A stretch of DNA of 63,587 nucleotides, counting the filler, from Octopus bimaculoides (Eukaryota): NCBI RefSeq assembly GCF_001194135.2. It is 7 parts of 7 records of this genome, joined end to end, with 100 filler letters (N's around TTAATTAATTAA, not from the genome) between each part and the next. Parts side by side here need not be neighbours in the genome. Positions count along the whole stretch, not along the records: positions 46,465 to 57,544 come from NC_068983.1; positions 57,645 to 61,615 come from NC_068982.1; positions 61,716 to 63,587 come from NW_026357551.1; 4 more parts are not named here. The stretch is one strand, 5' to 3'. Both the position numbers and the translations under genes were made by a program. Shown here one piece after another: positions 50,695-63,434 of the stretch (position 1 is the first letter of the stretch; the number at the start of each line of letters is the position of its first letter). The notes under the pieces are model-generated. The model was not told where the DNA came from, searched no databases, and saw only the letters and a list, made by a program, of their open reading frames with translations.

Positions 50695-52082
50695 GTTCTT
50701 CTCTTTTTAATTTAGAGTATTTTTGACCGGCTTCATATTTCGTAGCAAGGCTGTGAAGAAAAGCCTCTTGTTTTGTTCAACAACCTTAAGAAGGTCTTGC
50801 AAATTAACATAGTCCCAGATATTGTGGTCATTTCTAGACTATGAATCAAGGATTTACGTTCTCTTCACAGGAACCCGAGTTCAACTATACTTTGCTCCAA
50901 ACGGGATGGTATGTATCCTGTTTTTCCAATAATAATTAACATGAAGCTGAAAATGTATCTTGGGCAGTAGATTTGCAAACTCCTTATTAATGGTCTATAG
51001 ATGTCCTCTTTCTCTTGTATGTTTCGAACCACGTTCGTGTCCAGAGGGTAGCTGATTTCTCTAACAAAGCATATCTTTCCCTTGTGGCCCAACAAAACGC
51101 TGCCTGGTTGGTTATGTTTTAACTTGATGCTTGCTTTAATTTTTAAGATCCACTAGACTTTTTGGGACGTATCGGTGTCAATCTTGTTAACTTCGTCTGT
51201 AGGTGTTTTATTTTTATTATTATGTTCCAGACCGTTCAGGGAACTACATCGTATCTCATAGGAAGATAATATCTGCAAGGTATTTTCACACAGTTGGCAA
51301 TAATGTGGTTGATGTCTTCTCTCTTGGTCTTGCACAGACTACATTTCTTGCCAGTCAACGTTTTCTGCCTGTTATGCTGTATGTACATGCTGGGGATCTC
51401 TTGCTTTTGATTTGCATGAAAAGTAATCCTCAAAGTTGAATATCATAAACTTGTTGGTACTCCATGCCAGGTTTTTGAAATGACCAATCTCTTCCATGGT
51501 TCTGCCAATTATCCACGTGTTATCTTCTCAATGAACTGGTCCATATTTTTATTTTGTTCTTCTGATAAATAGATTTTATCAATATCCCTGAGGGGAGATC
51601 TGTATCAGCTCTTATTTCATACTCTTAGTTCAATCACTATTCTAATTATGCTAATAATTTCGTGGTAGCAAACAAGGGCAAGATAGTTACTGGTCTTTTT
51701 CTTCTAATACAGATATCGTTTCAATGTCACTATACGTGCTTCATACGACATCAATAAGATTTGAAATGACAACCATCATCTTTGTGTGGTAAGTATAATC
51801 TGTCTATATAACCACTGAAGCTGAAGTTTTCTTTAAAACTGAGCAGTTTGAAAATCTGTCTCATTGAGTTCTTGTAGTGACCAGTTCAGAAAGCCAAACG
51901 CAGGTGTGAGAACAGGCACTGCAAAGTTGTTGTAGGAAATATACACGTTGTAAGCTGAGTGCTCAGAAGATCATATTTCCTTTGCTCTGCTGAGGTATTC
52001 ATTCCTGCTCCTCTCCTTATTCACGGGTCCATCATAACTGATATAATCCTTTTGTCCAAGATACCTATAATTATTAACACAT
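50695..52082 (-). mobile_element. Decayed 5'-truncated R4/Dong-type LINE, family 3 (3' part of RT, knuckle, RLE)
   Basis: Minus-strand remnants NYRYLGQ..ISYDGPVNK, CSLCKTKREDINHIIANC..YYLPMRYD, LIRSLQIYCPRY..LIIIGKTGYIP and GTMLICKTFL. Many stops and frameshifts. Confidence 0.75.
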
Positions 52083-52397
52083 GTATGTATGGTTGAAATA
52101 TACAGAATGGTACATGGTGTGATTTAATGTCTCTACCATGCCTCTCTTATTGGAGTTTCAGCACTTGCACTCAAATGCCAGAAAGCAACAAACCCGAAAT
52201 ATTAAGATATTTTATAAAAGGAAATGAACAAATCGAAAATGAAAGGAAGTCATAAGAATGTTGATTTTCTCTTGCTGTATGATATGCATTATTTTAGGTA
52301 AATTAATTAAAAAATCGTAGAAATGCAATGCCAACCGTATCGGTGTGCATATAAGACATGCGTATACAAATGAGCATAAATAATCATGTGTGTGTGT

Positions 52398-52777
52398 GTT
52401 GGCACTCCGTCGCTTACGACGTCGAGGGTTCCAGTTGATCCGATCACCGGAACAACTTGCTCGTGAAATTAACGTGCAAGTGGCTGAGCACTCCACAGAC
52501 ACGTGTACCCTTAACGTAGTTCTCGGGGATATTCAGCGTGACACAGTGTGGCAAGGCTGTCTTTTTGGATTACAGGTACAACAGAAACAGGAAGAAAGAG
52601 TGAGAGAAAGTTGTGGTGAAAGAGTACAGCAGGGTTCGCCACCATCCCCTGCCGAGCCTCGTGGAGCTTTAGGTGTTTTCACTCAATAAACACTCACAGC
52701 GCCCGGTCTGGGAATCGAAACCGCGATCCTATGATCGCGAGTCCGCTGCCCTAACCACTGGGCTATTGCGCCTCCAC
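52398..52777 (-). mobile_element. Full-length SINE family D
   Basis: Reverse complement of 44124-44503. Confidence 0.85.
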
Positions 52778-53914
52778 TACATAATCATGTACTCAACAGG
52801 TTAATTGCAAACGCAGGTATGAATGAAGAAAGACACGTCAACACATCTAGGACACGCACATGAATGTACTCAAAGAAACACAGAGACGAGTGGGAGTAGT
52901 CATACTGTTATGTACGCGAATGCCACCAGTCACACAATCGGATATACAAAGATGGCCAAACATTTCTCGTAATTTGCAGAAACGTCAGGCAGTAACATAA
53001 CTGCTTAGCAATATATTTACTGTATTGAACAAGCACGTACATACGCACGCACAATTACATCAGCTGCACATAAGCAAACATTCTCTCACACGTACAGGCA
53101 AGCACACATATACCAACAACAAAATAATACCGATAGCCCCATACAAGTAAGACTACATATCGATGACTTAAAGACATACATGGAAATGTACATATGTAAA
53201 ACACTATTGTACATACATACATACATACATACATACATACATACATACATACATACATACATGCACACATACAGACTTCAAATTTTGCCTTGGGTATTCT
53301 CAAAGTTTTTGTTAATTATAGAATGGGGAGGAGCCCTTGACTTTCATCGCCGGCGTACCTGTTTGCTTTCTCACCGGCATACTTTTCCCTGTATATATGC
53401 ATAAATGTAAATCTTTTCTCAACTAAACTGCACTCAAGATTTGAGGCTCTGATGAATCTATAAGGTGTCACACAAGCACTCAACTCCGAGTCCACTGAAT
53501 CTTATTGCAGAAACAGCTGTAAGCTAAGATAGTTCGTAAGATAATCGTTTATTCCTCCGTCATCTTATTCTCTTCTTATTACATCTATACACAATACTCA
53601 AATCTCTCTGAAGACTCAAATACAAACAATATTAATACTCATACACATACAAACCCCCATACGCATATTCACACACACACAAACAGACATACAATCTACC
53701 AAAATAATGTATGTGTCGCTCGGTTTGTCTCTCTTTATAAATATATAAACTTAGTGAAAACAACACCTTACGTTTCTCTTACAGCCCCCAAAAGCTGGAC
53801 TAACATACTTCAAAGATCTGCAAATAAAACGCTAAGTTTTCCACCAGACCCCAACACTAAAAGAAAAATGCATAGATATGTTTCTCGAAGAACAAAAGAA
53901 AAATTGATTGTAAT

Positions 53915-54510
53915 ATTGGTTTCAAATTTTGGCACAAGGCCAGCAATTTCGGTGGAATTTGAAATCAGAACGTAAAGACGGTCGAAATATCGCTAATCCG
54001 TTTCTACGGTGTGCTGCCAATTCTGCCACCTCGTCGCCTTCATATACGTTAATATTTCCACAGTAAAAATCGCCGAGCTGGCAGAATCGGTAGTACGCCG
54101 GGAAAAATGCTTAGCGGCATTTCGCCAGGTCTTTATTTTCTGAATTCAAATTCCGCCGAGGTCGAATTTGTCTTTCACCCTTTCCGGGTCGATAAAATAA
54201 GTACCAGTTGAGTACTTGGGTCGATGTAAGCGATTAACCACCTCTCTCAAAATGCTGGCCTTGTGCCAAAATATGAAATCAACATTCCTCAGATAGGACG
54301 GCGAGCAGGTAGAATCGTTAGTACGCCGGACAAAATACTGAATGGTATTTCGTCCGTCTTTATGTTCTGAGTTCAAATACCACCGAGGTCGACATTACCT
54401 TTCATCCTTCCAATTCGATAAAATAAATACCAGTTGAAAACTGGGGCTAATGTACGCGACTAGGCCCCCTCCCGCAAACTTGCAAGCTTTTTGTCAAAAT
54501 TTGAAACCGA
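53915..54510. mobile_element. Cluster of three SINE family B copies (-, +, +)
   Basis: About 53915-54040 on minus; about 54070-54285 and 54295-54510 on plus. Confidence 0.75.
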
Positions 54511-55193
54511 TATTTCCACAGTCACACAGCTCTAATAATACGCAAACATACTTCAGCATTATATTGTTTTATGCAACTACATTAACACAACATGACTATA
54601 GAATGAACGGTATTTCTATTATTGTTTAATTTATTTTCATTCAATGAAATATTGATAAATTATGCTTTATGATGTTTCATTTTAATACTGAATACAATTT
54701 CTAATGCTGTTTCTAATTGAAATTGAATTGAAAGAGTAGACATTTTGATACATATGCGTGTTTTGAGAGACTTGAAGTGAAATTGTGTGTGTGTTGAAAC
54801 AGATAAGCGCTTGTGTTTAATTGGTAAATGATGACCATCCTCAAATATAACAATTTTCCTATATCACTTGCATTTATTTTGAACTATCATGCTAAAGATG
54901 TTCAGCCTGATAGTAGTCAGTCTTACAGTAAAACATGTGATATACAAAATATCCTGTAGAATTGCTATTTCATTATTTTATCAACAGAATATTTTGTGTT
55001 TGTAGATAGGAAAAATAAAAAAAGAAAATTATACATAATATTTCTTGTAATATCTGCGAAAGAAATTTCAAAAAATATAAAAATCTCGTATACTCTCACC
55101 TCTATTGTTTGTATGAGACAAACATTTGTTATCAAACAAACTAACTGTTTTGTCATATTTACTTTTACAATTCTGATAATACCAGTAATATTA

Positions 55194-55596
55194 TTCTCTT
55201 TTACTCTTTTACTTGTTTCAGTCATTTGACTGCGGCCATGCTGGAGCACCGCCTTTAGTCGGACAAATCGACCCTACGACTTATTATTTGGAAGCCTAGT
55301 ACTTATTCTATCGTCTCTTTTGCCGAACCGCAAATGTTACGGGGACGTAAACACACCACGATCGGTTGTCAAGCGATGTTGGGGGGACAAACACAGACAC
55401 ACAAACATATACACACACATACATATATATACATATATACGACGGGCTTCTTTCAGTTTCCGTCTACCAAATCCACTCACAAGCGTTTGGTCGGTCCGAG
55501 GCTATAGCACAAAACACTCGCCCAAGGTGCGACGCAGTAGGACTGAATCCGGAACCATGTGGTTGGTAGGCAAGCTACTTAGCACACAGCCACTTC
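55194..55596 (-). mobile_element. Full-length SINE family A
   Basis: Reverse complement of 58256-58664 with scattered changes. Confidence 0.85.
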
Positions 55597-57190
55597 GTCC
55601 ATTTATTTCAAGTATTATGGTATTTATCTGACACTTACGGAATGCTAAATGTCAGTCTGAATTTGGAAGCTAATGCAAATTCCAACAATAATAAATTAAG
55701 TCAAACTATAATATAATGTATTCCATTACTTAAGTCTGCTCAGTATACAGACGCTGTGATATGCCAGCCATTTATGCCTGTCATAATTTCACGCGTAAAA
55801 CCAATAGCAACGTTTCTTCATAAGTAATCTTAAATATTCTGTCAACGTTGAACAAGGAAGCCATTTCAATTATATTCCATAGGAATTAAATATTTATACT
55901 TTTATCCAAAATTAAGCAAAAACAGAATGTTTCAACTTTCCATAATGGAAGACGATACTGCATTGTTTTTAAGTTTTATAATTTTTGACACAAAAATCTA
56001 GAAATATACAATTTCTAAATTTGTTGTGAATCTCACTAATGACGGCTATGGATTAATTGCAATCCCATCCATTAGTCCCATTAAGTTATTGAAATGAACA
56101 ATCCAACACATTAAATGATATTGCAAATGCGAAGCATTCAGATCACTGAGGTCTATATTCTCAACAAATGCATTATCTTAATGAAATATACATAATTCAA
56201 TATTGCCATACCGACGCGTAAGATAACCTCTGCGAGGAAGCAAAAACTGCAGAATTACGTGTCATTTATAACACATTTTATGTGACTCTTGTAACGGAAT
56301 ATTGCGGTCAATAAATAATGTCTTTTAAATATTTGTATATAGTTAGCCTTTTAAAATTATCCTGATTGAAAATTGCAATTTTGAGTCGTAGCATTGTATC
56401 GCCGTGGTTAAGAATTTGCTTCGTAGATACATAACATTGGTTTGATCCTACTCTGCAGAAGCTAGAGAAATTGTCCTAGAGAAATTGTCTTGTGCTTAGG
56501 CTTGGCTCGATTAAAGCCTTGTGAAAGAAATTTTATAGACGGAAACATTGTGAAAATTTGTCAGAATTACCGTTCCTTTTCTCAGGTCATGGACTTAGCC
56601 CCATGTCTAGATGGCATTGGCGAAGACTGCTTTCATACAAATAGTCATGACAGGCATTTATTAAATGGTAACCTGCTTCTAGGTACTGTTAATTAATAAA
56701 ACAGTTGATAATGTTGATTAATAAAACGGTTTTGCTAGAAGAAGAAGAAGAAGAAGAAGAAGAAGAAGAAGAAGAAGAAGAAGAAGAAGAGTAGCAACAG
56801 CAGCCTCGACCGTTTAGTTCTGGGTTCAGTCCCATTGCTTGGCACCTCGGGCAAGTGTTGTTTTACTGTAGCCCCGGGCCGACAAAAAGCTTGTTAGTGG
56901 ATTTGGTAGACGGAAATTGAAAGACTTCCATCATATATATACATACATAAGTATATTATATATATGTATAATGTATGTGTGTGTGTTTGTGTATATGTGT
57001 ATGCATGTATGTGTGAGTGTGTCGTTCTGTTCCCCCTTGGGTTCCACCACTTCTTCACACCCAGTGTTTTTGCTTAAGTGTTTGTAATTTGGCGTTTCGG
57101 CTAAAGCGAAGGTATAGATTCGTTCGATTAAAAATCTTTGACGGCGTTGCCTTAGCATGACTGAAACAAATAAAAGATGAAATATAAAAG

Positions 57191-57240
<50 letters not shown>

Positions 57241-57280
57241 CATGATCATCATCATCATCATCATTATTATTATTATCATT

Positions 57281-57544
57281 GTTCAGTAGTTTTATTTTTA
57301 TAACGTGCTTTTACTTCACTACCGAGCGCAGCTCTGTGCGCCTTGGGTATGTACTGTGGTTTGCTGTGGTGCTCTTATGTTTACTGTATTGAAAGTGTTT
57401 TGCGTAGAATGTGTGCAGTACCCAGTAGTGCAATTTTCTGTATGTTATATATATTTGTAAGTCCTGGTGTTTTTGTTATGTATTTGTCTGAAATTTTTTT
57501 TATTATACCTAAGGCACCTACTATGATAGGAATTGTTTCTGTTT
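57281..57544 (-). mobile_element. Dong-type LINE 3' end, family 1 (cut by scaffold edge)
   Basis: Near-identical to 23231-23495; adjoins a (TAT/CAT)n tract. Confidence 0.85.
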
Positions 57545-57644
57545 NNNNNNNNNNNNNNNNNNNNNNNNNNNNNNNNNNNNNNNNNNNNTTAATTAATTAA
57601 NNNNNNNNNNNNNNNNNNNNNNNNNNNNNNNNNNNNNNNNNNNN
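57545..57644. other. Artificial scaffold linker
   Basis: N44-TTAATTAATTAA-N44. Confidence 0.97.
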
Positions 57645-57748
57645 AACCAAAGCCTTGTGAATAGATTTGGTAGACAGAAACTGAAATAATCCTGTTACAT
57701 ATATATATATTTATATATGCAGGTGCATGAGTGTGTGTGTTTGTGTGT

Positions 57749-57790
<42 letters not shown>

Positions 57791-58000
57791 TTATGTATCT
57801 GTGTTTGTCCTTCCACCATCGACAACTGATGCTGGTGTATTTATGTACCTGTAACTTAGTGGTTTGGCAAAAGTGACTGATAGAATAAGTACTAGGCTTA
57901 CAAAGAATAAGTCCTGGGGTCGATTTCTTCGACTAAAATCCTTTAAGGTGGTGATCTAGAATGGCCACAGTCAAATGACTGAAACAAGTAAAAGAATAAA
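57645..58000 (+). mobile_element. SINE family A, CpG-decayed copy cut by scaffold edge
   Basis: Aligns to 58370-58660 with CpG to TpG/CpA changes. Confidence 0.75.
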
Positions 58001-58255
58001 GGGATACAACGGGTTTCCACACAGTTTCTGTATACTAAATTCACCCACAATCTTTTTGACTTCACACTTGATATCCGACAAAAAAATTTTCTGGGTATTT
58101 CATATGAGAAATTAAAAATATATTGTGCACTTTGCTTGCAAAATTAAAAAAAACTGTCTTAAAGTTTCAAATTTAGAAAATTTAGAATATGTAGATAACT
58201 ATCCTTATCTTGTTTTAATATTTATACCTGTGTATCAAAAAATTAGGAACAACAT

Positions 58256-58664
58256 AGGCGCAGGAGTGGCTGTGTGGTAAGTAGCTTGCTTACCAACCAC
58301 ATGGTTCCGGGTTCAGTCCCACTGCGTGGCACCTTGGGCAAGTGTCTTCTGCTATAGCCTCGGGACGACCAAAGCCTTGTGAGTGGATTTGGTAGACGGA
58401 AACTGAAAGAAGCCCATCGTATATATGTATATGTATATATGTGTGTGCGTGTTTATTTGTCTGTGTTTGTCCCCCACAACATCGCTTGACAACCGATGCT
58501 GGTGTGTTTACGTCTCTGTAACTTAGCGGTTCGGCAAAAGAGACTGATAGAATAAGTACTAGGCTTGCAAAGAATAAGTCCTGGGGTCGATTTGCTCGAC
58601 TAAAGGCGGTGCTCCAGCATGGCCGCAGTCAAATGACTAAAACAAGTAAAAGAGTAAAAGAGTA
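58256..58664 (+). mobile_element. Full-length tRNA-derived SINE family A (head, internal TA/TG microsatellite, body, (GTAAAAGA) tail)
   Basis: A-box-like TGGCTGTGTGG and B-box-like GGTTCAGTCCC. Many homologous copies in this window. Confidence 0.85.
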
Positions 58665-59537
58665 ACATGTTTTCAAGATACTCAAGCATTAGGATGTATT
58701 CTGTAGCACGTCTAGATATTGTATCTTGCTAATAAAAATCATTACCAGTCTCCTTAAATTCATGTCAAAGAATAAACCCAACATTTCCTCTGCATGTCAT
58801 AAAAGGTGATCCGTGGGTTAGAAGGTTGTACCCTGGGTGGTGCAAAAGTATCATTCACAAGGAGTTGGAATCACCAACAAATAGTGGATGCAGCAATGCA
58901 ATATTACAGTACATGTCCCATGCTACTATTATAGAAATTGCTGAGAAATAGTGATACTTACATTTTAGGGATCTTTTTTGATGATGAAAAGTTTATTGAA
59001 TCAGATGCCAAGCAATGTGTTCCCTGTTCAAATGTGATGCAATTATTTCTTTGTCAGCGATAGTCAGGACAGATAATTCTATGCAGTTCAATTATATAAG
59101 CTGTCAGGAAGAGGTAGTAAGTCCTTATAGATATTTGTAATTTGTGAAAGAATTAACTTATATAAAATAGGTAAGTACCATTTAGTAGAAGCAGTTTATG
59201 GTGAACTGAGTCAGTAACTTTGTTTCAAATTCTGGTTATAGCAATTTCATTTGGTTTATGTCCATAATGCTCTTTAGCTTTTATGAAAGGCATGAATATC
59301 ACACAATCTTGTTTTCATTTCATTATAAACATCATGTTCTGTAATTATATAAGTAATCAATATGTACTTATATAGCCAATCTTAAAGAAATTAATTATGA
59401 GTAGAAATAGATTAAAGTGAGGGTAAGTTCCTAGTAAGCTAAGTTTTCTTGCGCAGATGGATACTTATTTAACTGTTCCACTCAAGTTACATCTCATATC
59501 TGAGTTATCTAGCTCTATAGTTTGGAGTGAGATAGAA

Positions 59538-59623
<86 letters not shown>

Positions 59624-61304
59624 GTTTCACAAAGTTGACTCATTCCACAAAGATCCTCTTTATTGATTTAATGATCCATTAAAAGTTATTTAACATTTTC
59701 ATAATAATTTAAAACTGAACATAACTGAAATAATGTTTTGTTTTCCTTTGTTGTTCAATACAGTAAATTTCAAGAGTTGGAATATGATCATTCAAGTAAC
59801 TTTCATTGATGTAAGGCTTTTCCACACCTTTCTTACATACCAATTAAACAGTAAACATTTTCAAGTAGAAATAAATCTTCCAGAATAACGCTTCTGAAAT
59901 ATTTCTTTCATTGAGTTGTCAGAACCACTTGAGGATTGCTACGGAAAGGCAGCAATGAATGCAACTCCAAAATAAATAAATCATATAATTATCTCTATAT
60001 TTATTTTGTGAAAAGAAACAGATTCTTTTTTTTCCTGTTGTTATTCTGAAAGTCTTTGATAATATTCTCAGAAATAGGTCCGAATCAGAACAAAAGATTT
60101 CTGTTGTTGACTTAACCTTTTCGTGATCTTACTTCTTATGAAATATATTGTTTCCATGTTTCAATTAATTGTGAAAATATTTAAAATCTTGCAAGGATTT
60201 AGTAAAATATCTTTGTTATATAATGGAAATTTGAAATATAACAAAAACAATCTTATGTAAAACTGAAAGATCTTAATTTAATTATGAACACTTTAAAATG
60301 AGAGTTTTTTGTTTGGAAATCACAACTGGTCTCAGGTAGGTTGGTTCAAAGGAATTATACATTGTTGATTTCATTAAACTGCTATGCTGAAGAAATTAGT
60401 TGTGCCTAGACCTTGCATTCTCTTTCAAACTAAGTGATGTTTGACATGAACTTCTAACAATCAATGTCTGCAGGAAAACATGATGAGAAAGGCATTTCAG
60501 AGACTTGCAGTTCCAAGTGGAGGGATCTGGTAAAATGTTTAACATAGAATCTGATTGATTGATTGATACATAAGCAGGCTTATCAGGTAGGTTTGACTAG
60601 GTTTGCATGCATTTTACTAGTTCAGAGAAGCAGAGGCTGATATAGTATCAATAAGAGGAAAGAGCAGAGTGAGCACACAGTATATTGTTGATAAATGAAA
60701 GCTTATCTTCAGTTAAATGACTGTTTGAGGAGTTGCAGATACAGTCCTATGTAATGAGTAACTTTTCTATATGACATGCTGGCATATTTTAAGTTTAAAT
60801 ATGAACATAATAATTCTGCTTGTCATTACGTTACTTAGCCCATCAGTAACACTTTCATGTGATTAGAGAAAAAGAGGGAGAGAGATTGTGAAGAGTGAGC
60901 AGAAAGAGAGAGAAAGAAAAAGAGGAAGAGAGAAAAGAGGAGAGAGAGAGAAGTGTCTATGACATGTGGTAGGGGGAGACGTAATATTTATTACATGGTT
61001 AAAAAATTTAGCTGGAGGTAGTGATATAGAGTAGAGTTTGGAATATAATTTTAGCAGAGGAGTGGCATTCTGATGGTGAGGTTAAAAAAAGGCAGAGAGA
61101 GAGAGTGGGGTAGTGGTGTTGGTGGTGGCGGTGGTGGCGATGGTGAGTGTATAGTGAAAAGCAAGTTTGTTTTTATGAGTCAAATTTTTTATATCCCCTA
61201 CAAATTGAAATGTGTATTGACTCTGACCCATTGCCTTGGCTCATAAGTTAACAATGATGTGGTTTTCAGAGGGTGCCATGTTGTATTAAACTTTTACACC
61301 CATC

Positions 61305-61615
61305 TGGAAGAACGGTGGTAGCAGGGAATTGTACCAATGTGCCAGAAGGGAGGCTAGGCGACAGGTTTATTTAGCCAGAGGGGAAGCAGATAAGGAAAGA
61401 TTTGCCAATGTTCTGCGCCGTGAGGACCAAAGACTCGAGGTATTTCGTGTTGCAAGACAGTGTAGGAGAGAGAATAGTGATGTTGTAGGAGAGAAATGTG
61501 TTCGCATGGATGATGGTACGCTTGCATTAAATGAGGATGCAAAGAAAGAGGTCTGGAGATGCCACTACGATAGATTGCTTAATAAAGAGAATAAATGGGA
61601 GAAAGAGAGCCTGCC
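61305..61615 (+). mobile_element. RTE-clade LINE ORF fragment (linker between endonuclease and RT), cut by scaffold edge
   Basis: WKNGGSRELYQCARREARRQVYLARGEA..VFRVARQ..DVVGEKCVRMDDG.L..KEVWRCHYDRLLN.EN.W is typical of RTE ORFs upstream of RT. Confidence 0.75.
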
Positions 61616-61715
61616 NNNNNNNNNNNNNNNNNNNNNNNNNNNNNNNNNNNNNNNNNNNNTTAATTAATTAANNNNNNNNNNNNNNNNNNNNNNNNNNNNN
61701 NNNNNNNNNNNNNNN
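61616..61715. other. Artificial scaffold linker
   Basis: N44-TTAATTAATTAA-N44. Confidence 0.97.
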
Positions 61716-62840
61716 ATATATATATATATATATATATAAATGTGTGTGTGTGTGTATGTATGTATGTATATGATAGATATACACAGCAGGTTCCTTAACA
61801 ATACAGCAGTTATGGATGAAAGAGTCAGAATGACGTCATTGCTTTCTTAAAGTTTGATGATTTCACCATACTTCTGTTGCTGTCTTTACACGTGCATATC
61901 TGTGTGTGTATGTGCGTGTGTTTGTGTATGTGCGTGTGTTTTTGTGTATGTGCGTGTGTGTGTGTATGTGTGCGTCTAAGGGTAATGTGTAAGCATGTTT
62001 GCGTATGTGTATGCGTGAGTCGTGTCTCTATGGTGTAATGTGGGTGTGTGTAAGAGACGAGGTGAATGCGGGAGTTTTTGTTGAAGACTGTAAATCTAGA
62101 TGTACGTATATGTGCGTGCATATATGTGTGTGCCAGTATACATGTATATATACATACATACATATGTACACATATATATTTACATATATGTATATATATA
62201 TATATATATACATGTATATACATATATACATATGCATATATATACATATATATATACGTATATGTACATATACACATATATATATATACATATANNNNNN
62301 NNNNNNNNNNNNNNNNNNNNNNNNNNNNNNNNNNNNNNNNNNNNNNNNNNNNNNNNNNNNNNNNNNNNNNNNNNNNNNNNNNNNNNNNNNNNNNNNNNNN
62401 NNNNNNNNNNNNNNNNNNNNNNNNNNNNNNNNNNNNNNNNNNNNNNNNNNNNNNNNNNNNNNNNNNNNNNNNNNNNNNNNNNNNNNNNNNNNNNNNNNNN
62501 NNNNNNNNNNNNNNNNNNNNNNNNNNNNNNNNNNNNNNNNNNNNNNNNNNNNNNNNNNNNNNNNNNNNNNNNNNNNNNNNNNNNNNNNNNNNNNNNNNNN
62601 NNNNNNNNNNNNNNNNNNNNNNNNNNNNNNNNNNNNNNNNNNNNNNNNNNNNNNNNNNNNNNNNNNNNNNNNNNNNNNNNNNNNNNNNNNNNNNNNNNNN
62701 NNNNNNNNNNNNNNNNNNNNNNNNNNNNNNNNNNNNNNNNNNNNNNNNNNNNNNNNNNNNNNNNNNNNNNNNNNNNNNNNNNNNNNNNNNNNNNNNNNNN
62801 NNNNNNNNNNNNNNNNNNNNNNNNNNNNNNNNNNNNNNNN

Positions 62841-62857
62841 GTGTGCTCTTCCGATCT
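62841..62857 (+). other. Illumina TruSeq adapter remnant GTGTGCTCTTCCGATCT
   Basis: Exact 17-nt match to the 3' end of the TruSeq read-2 primer sequence, starting exactly at a contig edge. Confidence 0.9.
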
Positions 62858-63434
62858 AATTTTTTGTTTTTTTTGTTGTTTTTTTGGTGTGTGTTTTTTT
62901 TTTATGACGTATGTGTGTGTGAGTGTGTGTGTGAAGGAGGTTCTAATTTTTATGAATGTTGTTCATATCGTATAGAAGTAGGAAAGCTATGAAAGCCACA
63001 ACTTCACATTTCTTTAGCTTGCTATACAGCTTGGGTAAATTTATCTGTTATGTTGCGTCTCTGCAGATTTGTCTGTGGTTCAATGCTTCTTGCGTGTGAG
63101 AGAGAGAGTGAGAAAAAGAGAGAGAAAGCGGTGAGAGAAAGAGAGGGAGACAGACAGACAGGCAGAGATAAAGACGGAGGAATTAAGGAAATTAGTGTCG
63201 GATTATCAGAAAGAAAAGACATCCGCTACCTTCGAGAATCTAATACAACATACAAACACAGTTTGCACAACCTCCAAACAATGATACTGTCCACAGCACC
63301 AGAAAGGAGATGCATTTGTGAACTCACACGAAACAGGTGTAAAGACAAAATGAAAATGATAATAATTTACATCAGAATTTGACTGAAGGATGTAACGATT
63401 AGCGCCATGATTGATTGCTAAATCCACAAGTCTT

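Noticed and set aside
144-62992. Dozens of ORF-track entries rich in YI, VC, TH, LS, poly-L/I/V/M or X
   Set aside because: They are translations of (TA)n, (CA)n, (GA)n, (TAGA)n and trinucleotide microsatellites or of N-runs, not genes.
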